Source: Acidobacteriota bacterium (lineage in GTDB: Bacteria; Acidobacteriota; Vicinamibacteria; Vicinamibacterales; UBA2999). From it: a stretch of DNA of 64,000 nt. A program made the translations under genes and the position numbers. Where the stretch lies: positions 1,021-65,020 of the forward strand of contig CAUJDN010000123.1 of NCBI GenBank assembly GCA_963169195.1, written 5' to 3'. Shown here one piece after another: positions 17,701 through 24,910 of this stretch (within the stretch, counting starts at the first letter, position 1; the number at the start of each line of letters is the position of its first letter). The notes under the pieces are model-generated. The model saw only the letters and a list, made by a program, of their open reading frames with translations, searched no databases and was not told where the DNA came from.

Positions 17701-20700
17701 GTCGTCACGGCGACGTTCAGCCGGATGTCGTCGAGGGCGGATCTCACGGCCGCCGGACGCGTCGTGGTGGCCGTGGCCAGCGCGGCCAGGCTGATGGGCT
17801 CGGTGTACGAGCTCCGCCGCACGCGGACGTCGCCGACGACCTGCGGACCCGCGTCCTCGATGCTGTAGGTCACCAGCGCGTCGATCTCGCTGCGCAGCCC
17901 GCGCGGATATTCCGCCGCCATGCCCGCGACCTGCACGGCAATCTCGGCGTCGGCAATCTCGGTCCCCTTCAACACCACGCCGCCATCGGCGACGAGCGTG
18001 CCGCCGTTGACGGCGCCCGTGAGGCCCCGCAGCTCGATGCGATCGCCCGCCAGGGCAACGGGTCCCGAGAGCCCGGACACCACCAGCCGGGGCGACGAGA
18101 GCGCCAGCTCGGCGTTGTTCAACTGCATCCGGCCTGCCAGCGTCGGATTCGCGGCGGTCCCCTGCACGCGAACGTCCACGTCGGCCGTGCCGTCGATGGC
18201 CACCGTCGGCACGAAGGCCGACAGGACACGCAGCACCGCCACACCCGTCAGGCTCAGGTCGACCGCAGCCTCGTCTTTCGTCAGGTCGACGGCGCCGCCC
18301 AGCGTCAGCCGGCTCCCCGCCGCCTGCCACACCACATCGTCCATGTGGACGATGCCGTCCTTGACGGAGATGGTGGAGGGGCGCGCCTGCGTGACCTCGA
18401 TGCCGGCCGTGTCGAATGCTGCGGTATCCACGACGAAGGTCCCGGCGGCGCGCATCGCATCGAGTTCGGGGATGGTTGCGCGGCCCTTGGCCGCGAAGCG
18501 GCCACTCGCCTGCTCGGCTGCCACCTGGGCGCTCAACGCGTGGAGCGTGAGGGCCTCGCCCGTGAGGTTGGCGTTCACGGCCAGGTCCGAGAGCACGACG
18601 TCTGGCGTCAGCTCGACGCGACCGCCCGTCAAGTCCACGCTGGCGATGAGGTCCCCCTGGCGACCGGTCGCGAAGAGGTCCAGCGCCAGGGGCCCGCTGG
18701 CGACGATGTCGGTCTCGAAGCCGAACGCCCTGGCCGCGGTCATCGCCTCGGACAGCTCGCCGCGGAACGAGGCGTTGAAGACGGTGTTGTCGCGGCCGGT
18801 GCGCTCACCCGACGCCGAGAGCGTCCCGCGGCCGAGGCGCGCCGTGAAGTCCCGGACCACGAGATCCCCAGGCTGCCAGGTGGCGGCGGCGGGTGTGGTG
18901 AGCGTGAGGGGAACGCCGGCGACGTGCGCGTCGATGGACTGGATGTTGGCGGCCACGTGAGGCGGAGGCGTTTCGTCCCCGACCGCGCCGTGGACGGCGG
19001 CGGTGAGGCTCACCTGGCCGGTCAACGTGCCCGGCACCGCACCGATGAGCGGGGAGGCCGTCGCCAGGTCCACGCGGTTCAGCACGGCCACCGCGCGATA
19101 GTCGTAGGGCGCCGCGAGGGCGACGGTGCCGTGCGCGAACGCGCCGAGCGAAGGGACGTGCGCCGCGACGCGTCCGTGATCCCCGTTGAGCGCCACGTCC
19201 ACCGTGCCGGTCCCGATGAGATCGCCGGCGATGCCACCCGCGAGCATGAAGCGGAACTGCCCGCGCCCCTGGGGGTGATCCACGGTCCCGTCACCGGTGA
19301 AGCGGCCGTTCACGAAAGCGGTGGTCTCGGCCTCGCCGACGAGCGCGCGGCTCCAGACGAGGTCCGCGACCTCGAGGTCGAGCGTGAAGGCGCGATCGAA
19401 CCCGTAGCGTCCCGACGCGCGCACGGCGCCAGCGCCCTGGCGGATGGAGAGCGACGGCACGTCGACTCCCTCGTCCGTGATGCGCGCGCGGCCGTCGAGG
19501 TTCTCGAACCTTTCGCCGGCCACCTGCAGCAGCGGGCTCGTGATCGCGACGTCCACGAGCGGCGCGTCGAAGGTCCCCCCGATGGTCGCGTCCGCGGCGA
19601 GCGCTCCGGACGCACGCCACTCCTCGGGCACCGCATCCTGCAACGTGCGGGCGTCTGGGGCCCGCGCCTGCAGGGTGCCGGAGAGGGTTCGCCTCTCGAG
19701 GTCGAGGGTCACCTCTCCGGTGGCCTCGGTGCCGCCGCGCGCCAGGCGCAGCGGCGAGACCACCACGCGTGACGTATCGGCGTCGATGGTGGCGGTCAAC
19801 GCCGTTGGACCGATGCCTGGCAGCGCCAGGTCGGGTGCGCGCGTCTCGATGGTCGCGCGGGGCGTGGCCAGGGTGCCCGCCAGCGTCACATCCGCGTCGA
19901 TGGCGCCGGCCGTGGCGCGCACCGCCTCGGACAGCGCGATGCCGTGCGGCGCGAGGCCGTCGCCCGCCTCCGCGAGGCTGGAAATCGTGATCGTCGTCGG
20001 GCCCGCGATCGTCGAGTTCATCAAGGCGTCGGCATCGAGCCGTCCGTCGGCGGTGCCGCGCGCCGCGATGCCCGCCGTCGTGACGGCGTGCTGCAGCGTC
20101 CACCGCTCGCCCCGCAGGCCCATCTCGATCCGGCCATCGAGCGGGGTCACGCCGCGTGCGCGGATGGCGTCGAGTTCGGTCCTCACGTCGAGCCGGCGGT
20201 CCGGACCGCTCGCGAAGCGGGCCTGTCCGTCGAGCCGCGCGCCGATGGGGTACGCCGCCATGTCGGCCAGGCGCATGAACACCAGGGCGTCCACGCCTTT
20301 CCACGCGGCGTTGGCGGTCAGCGGACCTTCGCCGAACGGCATGTCGAAGGTTGCCTCCACCTCCCCACCGCTCGACGGCGACACGGTGAGGCGGTTGCCC
20401 GTCGCGCGCTCGGCGTCCACGATCACTTCAGCGCTCACCGTCAGATCGCGCTCGGCGCCCACGCTCAGCGCCTCGGCGTCCAGGCGCACGGCGGTCTCCG
20501 GCGCGCCGGCCGGACCGACAAGCGATCCCTTCACGCGCGCCGAGCCGGCCACCGCCATCGGCGGCGGTGCCCACAGGGCGGCGGCCGTGGTGTCCACCTG
20601 TCCCTCGAAGGCCAGTTCCAGCGCAGGCGCGTCGAGCACGCGCGTCACCCGCCCGGACACGCTGATCGTCCCAATAGCGGACAGTGGGGACAGTCCCCGT

Positions 20701-21386
20701 AAAGAGAGCGGCAGATCCTGCAGCGAGACCGTGCTGCCATCGAAGGCAAGCCGCGAGTCGATGGGATCGACACGCAGGGCGCGCTCGCCGAGTTCCACGT
20801 CCACGCCGCCGCGAACGGCCAACGGTCCCGTGATGCCGTCGAACACGCGAATCTCGCGACGCTCGAGGGCGGCGTCGATGCCGGTCGCGACGATGCGGAG
20901 CGGGCCGGACCGATCGTCGTAGAGGAACGCGAAGTCGACCAGGTGGAGCCCGCGAAGCGCCAGCCTGCGCGGGATGGCGGGCGGCGGCTCGTCCGCGCCG
21001 CCATCAGGGATGTTCGACACGCCGTTGGCGTCAGTCACCACCTCCACCCGTCCACCGTCCACCGCTACGTCCTCCAGCACGAGGGCGCCGGCGTAGGCGG
21101 CCAGCGGAACGTCGGCCCGCACCCGGACGGCGGTGAAGAACGGCTGCGCCTCGTGGCCCCTGGCGGCCAGCCGGACATTGGTGAGGGTGGCGCTGCCGGT
21201 GAGGAGGTTGTAGCGGAAGGTGTCGGCCGTCAGGACGAGGCCGTAGTCGCGGTCGAGCAGCCCGCCGACCCAGGCGAAGACGCGCGACCGGGCCGGGGGC
21301 ATGTGAAGAATGGCCAGCACGGCGATCACGAGCACGGCCGCCACCGCGGCCGAGATGGCGACCGCCCGGTGCATCCTCGTCCCCAC
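14745..21386 (-). CDS. 2213-aa fusion protein: TamB-like (AsmA-like N-terminal anchor plus DUF490-type C-terminal region) fused to POTRA repeats and an Omp85/BamA/TamA-type beta-barrel
   Basis: Single uninterrupted ORF. The N-terminus is a signal anchor (AVAISAAVAAVLVIAVLAIL) followed by long beta-rich repeats. The middle carries ..RLNVAVTTVEDMRVDNNYGRFEGGAQVRLVGTVGQPALTGRATLREGGTVYAAGRTFTINRGNISF.. (TamB C-terminal domain style). Then come POTRA-like units (VARVQFEGELAPLTEASLRDLVRIRAGEAF..., VGEVRVEGVSDDERPPVERAIDIVPGEPY...). The C-terminal barrel ends ..YGAGLRIDSPVGLLRLDFGIPG...RWYFGIGHIF with a terminal Phe. Confidence 0.8.
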   Translation of the reverse strand: MGTRMHRAVAISAAVAAVLVIAVLAILHMPPARSRVFAWVGGLLDRDYGLVLTADTFRYNLLTGSATLTNVRLAARGHEAQPFFTAVRVRADVPLAAYAGALVLEDVAVDGGRVEVVTDANGVSNIPDGGADEPPPAIPRRLALRGLHLVDFAFLYDDRSGPLRIVATGIDAALERREIRVFDGITGPLAVRGGVDVELGERALRVDPIDSRLAFDGSTVSLQDLPLSLRGLSPLSAIGTISVSGRVTRVLDAPALELAFEGQVDTTAAALWAPPPMAVAGSARVKGSLVGPAGAPETAVRLDAEALSVGAERDLTVSAEVIVDAERATGNRLTVSPSSGGEVEATFDMPFGEGPLTANAAWKGVDALVFMRLADMAAYPIGARLDGQARFASGPDRRLDVRTELDAIRARGVTPLDGRIEMGLRGERWTLQHAVTTAGIAARGTADGRLDADALMNSTIAGPTTITISSLAEAGDGLAPHGIALSEAVRATAGAIDADVTLAGTLATPRATIETRAPDLALPGIGPTALTATIDADTSRVVVSPLRLARGGTEATGEVTLDLERRTLSGTLQARAPDARTLQDAVPEEWRASGALAADATIGGTFDAPLVDVAITSPLLQVAGERFENLDGRARITDEGVDVPSLSIRQGAGAVRASGRYGFDRAFTLDLEVADLVWSRALVGEAETTAFVNGRFTGDGTVDHPQGRGQFRFMLAGGIAGDLIGTGTVDVALNGDHGRVAAHVPSLGAFAHGTVALAAPYDYRAVAVLNRVDLATASPLIGAVPGTLTGQVSLTAAVHGAVGDETPPPHVAANIQSIDAHVAGVPLTLTTPAAATWQPGDLVVRDFTARLGRGTLSASGERTGRDNTVFNASFRGELSEAMTAARAFGFETDIVASGPLALDLFATGRQGDLIASVDLTGGRVELTPDVVLSDLAVNANLTGEALTLHALSAQVAAEQASGRFAAKGRATIPELDAMRAAGTFVVDTAAFDTAGIEVTQARPSTISVKDGIVHMDDVVWQAAGSRLTLGGAVDLTKDEAAVDLSLTGVAVLRVLSAFVPTVAIDGTADVDVRVQGTAANPTLAGRMQLNNAELALSSPRLVVSGLSGPVALAGDRIELRGLTGAVNGGTLVADGGVVLKGTEIADAEIAVQVAGMAAEYPRGLRSEIDALVTYSIEDAGPQVVGDVRVRRSSYTEPISLAALATATTTRPAAVRSALDDIRLNVAVTTVEDMRVDNNYGRFEGGAQVRLVGTVGQPALTGRATLREGGTVYAAGRTFTINRGNISFTNLDRIEPDLDVQAQTRVSGQGEVTLTVQGTPQQMSVELSSSEGGSREEIATALFGGGVTTGNAFTLLSGELLGVTGQRLGLDALRLDIGGTPDEFREDPGQLQQDLEDPVTRLTLSKRIRDNVEFTVSQNLRENGRATFVVSYFPIGSFEVRAVSRDNSSFGLGLRHQVTFGGSGVAVVRTEVRVARVQFEGELAPLTEASLRDLVRIRAGEAFSFYDWQRDLDRLTAAYVDGGYFEARVRGRRVDLPDGSIAVVYAVSRGPATRIIVEGAPIPQDEIEAITEAWTRAVFDRFLVQDAENRLRRYLLASGYVDGHVRGSVELVGDTKTLHLAVNQGARAGRRGFGFRGNSEVSSRELEAVIVRAGLELDAWIDPDAAAGALSDFYREEGFLQARVEVAAMPERRPDELTFAIAEGPRAAVGEVRVEGVSDDERPPVERAIDIVPGEPYTAPGLDAARGRVARHYRQHGFNTVQVTAAASPAPDEASVSLAFTVVEGPRQVLREVVTTGATRTREGIVDRALSLRLGEPVNLEEWSMARKRLFDTNVFRAVDIQAVPLGEPEGGEQDVRAVVTVEEYPHWRLRYGVQGDRERNDPLEGEEEGRLSTKIGAIAELRNQNLFGRAVTAGVAGLVEKDFQRGNVFLSNASFFGLPVRSTVSGYLSREDVQYPSAPLFVTDDVGVSVEQRWRRRRGLEVTYGYRFTRNHTYEANPDPQDFEPFNQVLNLGKLTSAALFDRRDDPVNSQRGTFSSVSYEHSASALGADVSFGRVLAQQYVFVPLGRIVLASRVVAGRAFGNDDPPLSDRFYAGGGNSVRGYKEDGLGSEDIFLRLPVGGTRLLVLNQEVRFPIYRWVRGVGFLDAGKVVFPGAPGSDSDLKIGYGAGLRIDSPVGLLRLDFGIPGSTLSTSSRRANALGSGRWYFGIGHIF

Positions 21387-21441
21387 GTGTCGATCTTACA
21401 GGCAGACCTCGTGCTAGCATCCGCCGGTGGAGGATCTCTTC

Positions 21442-21990
21442 ATGCGTGTGAAGTCCCTGGTTGGCCTGGGGCTGGCCGCGGTGCTTGGCGTCATGCCCGG
21501 CTCGGCCGGGCGCGCCCAGGCCCCTGCGGTCGAGCTCGGGGTGGGAGACGCGGCGCCGGCCTTCTCGCTGCCGGGATCGGACGGCAAGACCCACAGTCTC
21601 GCCGATTCGAAGGGGAAGCGGGCCGTCGTCCTGGCCTGGTTTCCGAAGGCGTTCACCGGTGGTTGAACGGCCGAGTGCAAGTCGCTCCGTGAGAGCGGCG
21701 ATCTCATCCGGCAGTACAACGTCGACTACTACATGGTCAGCGTCGACACGCTCGAGGACAACACGAAGTTCTCGCAGATGCACGAGGCCGATTACCCGAT
21801 CCTGAGCGACGTGTCGAAGGCCGTGGCCACCGCGTACGGTGTGCTCGGACCGGCCGGCGTCGCGCGGCGCTGGACGTTCTACATCGACCCCGACGGCAGG
21901 ATCCTCCACATCGAGAAGACCGTGTCCCCCTCCACGGCGGGGCCGGACATGGTGAAGAAGCTGGGCGAGCTGAACATCGCCAAGCGGTAG
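21442..21990 (+). CDS. exported peroxiredoxin (AhpC/TSA-BCP type) with in-frame UGA at 21664-21666 read as selenocysteine
   Basis: ORFs 21427..21666 and 21733..21990 share a frame and are separated only by one TGA. Read-through gives ..GKRAVVLAWFPKAFTGG-U-TAECKSLRESGDLIRQYNVDYYMVSVDTLEDNTKFSQMHEADYPILSDVSKAVATAYGV.. The UGA sits at the peroxidatic Cys position. The signal peptide is MRVKSLVGLGLAAVLGVMPGSAGRAQA, and a GGTGGAGG Shine-Dalgarno precedes ATG 21442. Confidence 0.7.
21681..21699 (+). promoter_or_regulatory. candidate bacterial SECIS hairpin
   Basis: GUCGCUC-CGUGA-GAGCGGC: a 7-bp stem (one G-U pair) with a 5-nt G/U-containing loop, starting 15 nt after the UGA. Confidence 0.4.
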
Positions 21991-21994
21991 CAGG

Positions 21995-22107
21995 GAGACC
22001 ACGAAGGCACGAGGGACACGACGTCGAACGCGAAGAGAGCCGCGTCAAGCCTGAATGCTTCGTGCGTCTTTCGTGCTCTTCGTGTCTTCGTGGTTTCGTT
22101 TCTTCGC
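21995..22107. repeat. inverted short-repeat cluster: CACGA(A/G)G units (left) facing YTTCGTG units (right)
   Basis: Left arm: gagaCCACGAAGgCACGAGggaCACGACg. Right arm: gCTTCGTGcgtctTTCGTGctCTTCGTGtCTTCGTGGtttcg. Together they can form a long imperfect hairpin between the peroxiredoxin and the amidohydrolase gene. Confidence 0.65.
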
Positions 22108-22136
22108 CCGGCACTCGGGACCATTCAAGGAGCGGC

Positions 22137-23573
22137 ATGACGCGACGCGGAATCTCCTCGGCGTGGTGTGCGGTGCTGGGCCTGGCCGGACTCGTGTCAG
22201 CGTGCGGCACGCCGCCGGCCGAGGCGCCCCGGTACGACCTGGTGATCGCGAACGGCCGCGTGATGGACCCCGAGTCGCGGCTCGACGCCGCGCGGCACGT
22301 CGGCATCACGGGCGGCCGCCTCGCCGCCATCTCGGAGACTCCACTGCAGGGCGTCCGAACCATCGACGCCACGGGCCACGTCGTGGCGCCAGGCTTCATC
22401 GACCTGCACGAGCACGGCCAGCAGGACGAGTCCTACTCGATGATGGTGCGCGACGGCGTCACCTCGGCGTTCGAGCTCGAGGTGGGGACCGGCGACGTCG
22501 CCGCGTGGTACGCCGCCCGCGAGGCCGGACAGCGCGTGAACCACGGCGTGTCCATCGGGCACATTCCCGCCCGCATGAAGGTCCTGGGTGATCCGGGCAC
22601 AGGGCTGCTCCCGGCCGGCATCGGCGGCAGCGGGTCGGCGAGCGAAGACCAGCTGAAGGCGATGGAAGCCATCCTGCGCGAGGGCATCAGGCAGGGCGCC
22701 GTCGCCATGGGCTTCGGCAGCGCCTACACGCCGGGTGCGCCCATCGCGGAGTTCGAGCGGATGTTCCGCGTCGCGGCCGAGGCCGGGCTCCCGGCGCACA
22801 TCCACATCCGCGGCGGCATCGAGGGGCTGAAGGACACCATCGCGGCCGCGCGGGCTGCCGGTGCCCCGCTCCACATCGTCCACGTGAACTCGGTGGCCGG
22901 CGACGACATCGACGCGTTCCTCGCCGCCATCCAGGCGGCGCGCGATGCGGGCCAGGACATCACCACCGAGGCCTATCCCTACGGCGCCGGCATGACCGAG
23001 ATCCAGTCTGCGCTCTTCGACGACTGGAGGACGTGGCCCGATGAGCGCTTCGCGCTGCACCAGCTCGTCTCGACCGGGGAGCGCCTCACGCGCGCCACCT
23101 TCGAAAGGGCACGCGCCGCCGGCGGCACCGTGATCATCCACGGCCGATCCGAAGAGCAGACGCGCAAGGCCATCGCCAGCCCGCTGTCGATGATCGCGAG
23201 CGACGGGTTCATCGAGAACGGGCGGGGCCACCCGCGCACGTCTGGCACCTACGCAAAAGTGCTGGGCCAGTACGTCCGGGAGGACAAGGCCGTCTCCCTG
23301 ATGGACGCGCTGCAGCGCATGACGCTCGATCCGGCACGCCGCCTCGAGCGCCGCGTGCCGGCCATGGCGTCGAAGGGCCGCTTGACGATCGGCGCCGACG
23401 CGGACGTGACGATCTTCAACCCCGACACGGTGATCGACCGCGCCACCTACGAGGACGGGGCCATTCCTTCGGCCGGCATTCCCTGGGTGATCGTGAACGG
23501 CCAGCTCGTCGTGGACAACGGAGCGCTGACGGAGGCGCGACCGGGGCGCGCCATCCGCGCGCCGGTGCGATAG
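22137..23573 (+). CDS. lipoprotein amidohydrolase, D-aminoacylase (N-acyl-D-amino-acid deacylase)-like
   Basis: ATG 22137 is preceded by an AAGGAG Shine-Dalgarno. The lipobox is LAGLVSAC. The sequence YDLVIANGRVMDPESRLD..VGITGGRLAAI...IDATGHVVAPGFIDLHEHG shows the metal-binding H-x-H region of amidohydrolases. The length and C-terminus fit the D-aminoacylase family. Confidence 0.75.
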   Translation: MTRRGISSAWCAVLGLAGLVSACGTPPAEAPRYDLVIANGRVMDPESRLDAARHVGITGGRLAAISETPLQGVRTIDATGHVVAPGFIDLHEHGQQDESYSMMVRDGVTSAFELEVGTGDVAAWYAAREAGQRVNHGVSIGHIPARMKVLGDPGTGLLPAGIGGSGSASEDQLKAMEAILREGIRQGAVAMGFGSAYTPGAPIAEFERMFRVAAEAGLPAHIHIRGGIEGLKDTIAAARAAGAPLHIVHVNSVAGDDIDAFLAAIQAARDAGQDITTEAYPYGAGMTEIQSALFDDWRTWPDERFALHQLVSTGERLTRATFERARAAGGTVIIHGRSEEQTRKAIASPLSMIASDGFIENGRGHPRTSGTYAKVLGQYVREDKAVSLMDALQRMTLDPARRLERRVPAMASKGRLTIGADADVTIFNPDTVIDRATYEDGAIPSAGIPWVIVNGQLVVDNGALTEARPGRAIRAPVR

Positions 23574-23643
23574 CGCGGCGTCACGGGAACTCGACCAGCC
23601 TCCGCTGAAGCTGCGGCATTGCGCCGGAGCCTGGGCGAAGGCG

Positions 23644-23688
23644 GAAGGACACGACGGACAGGAGGACTCCTTCGTGTTCTCGTGATCC
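23644..23688. repeat. imperfect hairpin of the CACGA/TTCGTG repeat type
   Basis: The sequence ggaaggacacgacggacaggaggactccttcgtgttctcgtg uses the same short words as the cluster at 21995-22107. Confidence 0.45.
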
Positions 23689-23719
23689 CCGCGCACGGTG
23701 AGCCGCGGTGGGAGGACAC

Positions 23720-24877
23720 ATGCGACCAGTCTCGAGGCGCGGGTTCGTGCAGGCGGTCGGCGCAACGGCAGGGGCCGGCTGGCTGGCGCCGTCGGTGATC
23801 GCGCAGGCGGACGTACCCGATCCCGCGCCTGACCGCAGCGTGCATCTCTCGGGCGACGGCATCGGCCTCTCGCCGCGCGCCTACGCGGCGCTCCTCGGCG
23901 AGTTGAGCCGGAAGGCCGACGTCCAGGAAGACAACTACCTGCTCGGTGGCGAGGTGGAGCGCTTCGAGCAGCATTGCGCGGCGCTGCTGGGCAAGGAGAC
24001 AGCCGTCTTCATGCCGTCGGGCACGCTGGCCAACCACCTGGCCCTTCGCACCCTGGCCGGCGCGAAGCGGCGCGTCATCGTGCCCGAGATGAGCCACGTC
24101 TACAACGACACGGGCGACGCGTGCCAGACCCTGTCGGGTCTCGCCTTGATGCCGCTCGCGCCCGGCGCCGCCACGTTCACCCGCGAGGATGTCGAGGCCG
24201 TGCTCGCCCGCACCGCGGGCGGCCGCGTGGCGACCGACGTGGGCGCCATCCTCATCGAGAGCCCGGTTCGACGCCTGGCGGGCCGTATGTTCGACTGGGA
24301 CGAGGCGAAGCGCATCGCCGCGTTCGCGCGCGAGCGCGGCATCGGCACGCACCTTGACGGCGCGCGGCTGTTCATCGCATCAGCCTACACCGGCATCTCC
24401 CCCGCGGAGTACGCGACGCCGTTCGACACCGTGTACGTCTCTCTGTGGAAGTACTTCAACTGCGGCATCGGCGCCATCCTGGCCGGGCCCAGGCGCGTGC
24501 TCGACGGCATGTTCCACGCGCGTCGCATGTTCGGCGGCAACCTGTGGGCGGGCTGGCCGGCCGCGCTCGTCGCGCGGCACTACATGCACGGCTTCGTCGA
24601 TCGGCTCACGAGCGCGGTGCGGGTGTCGGAGGAATTCTACACGGCGATCGCGCGGCACCCGATGGTGAGCGTCGAGCGGATCCCGAACGGCACCAACCTC
24701 GCGCGGGTCACATTGAAGGGCGTCGATGTCGCGGCGGTCTCCCGAGCGCTGGCCGGGCGCGGCATCCGACTGCCTGCCGCCACGCCCGCAGGCGTCACCA
24801 TGCTGGGCGTGAACGAGACCTGGAACCGCACGACGGGCGGCGGGCTGGCCCGCGCCTTCGAGCAGGCGCTGGGGTGA
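23720..24877 (+). CDS. Tat-signal-bearing PLP-dependent threonine aldolase-like (beta-eliminating lyase family) enzyme
   Basis: A GGAGG Shine-Dalgarno precedes ATG 23720. The twin-arginine motif is MRPVSRRGFVQAVGATAGAGWLAPSVIAQA. The body (NYLLGGEVERFEQHCAALLGKETAVFMPSGTLANHLALR...THLDGARLF...VYVSLWKYF) matches low-specificity threonine aldolases by eye. Confidence 0.7.
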   Translation: MRPVSRRGFVQAVGATAGAGWLAPSVIAQADVPDPAPDRSVHLSGDGIGLSPRAYAALLGELSRKADVQEDNYLLGGEVERFEQHCAALLGKETAVFMPSGTLANHLALRTLAGAKRRVIVPEMSHVYNDTGDACQTLSGLALMPLAPGAATFTREDVEAVLARTAGGRVATDVGAILIESPVRRLAGRMFDWDEAKRIAAFARERGIGTHLDGARLFIASAYTGISPAEYATPFDTVYVSLWKYFNCGIGAILAGPRRVLDGMFHARRMFGGNLWAGWPAALVARHYMHGFVDRLTSAVRVSEEFYTAIARHPMVSVERIPNGTNLARVTLKGVDVAAVSRALAGRGIRLPAATPAGVTMLGVNETWNRTTGGGLARAFEQALG

Positions 24878-24910
24878 TCCCTGCGCATCAGGGGTCGGCC
24901 AGTCGCAGGC

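Noticed and set aside
20683-20700. A 17-nt identity, GGGACAGTCCCCGTAAA (containing the palindrome GGGAC-A-GTCCC), is shared between the TamB-fusion coding sequence and the FAD-oxidase upstream region at 39216-39232.
   Set aside because: A single 17-mer match within 64 kb on both strands is close to chance expectation (order 0.1-1). One copy is inside a CDS in a normal coding context, and I saw no further copies.
24876-24896. An 8-bp hairpin (GATCCCTG-CGCAT-CAGGGGTC) between the convergent threonine-aldolase-like and PBP1A genes, considered as a bidirectional intrinsic terminator.
   Set aside because: There is no U/T tract on either side, and it overlaps the stop codon. I cannot support terminator function from sequence alone.
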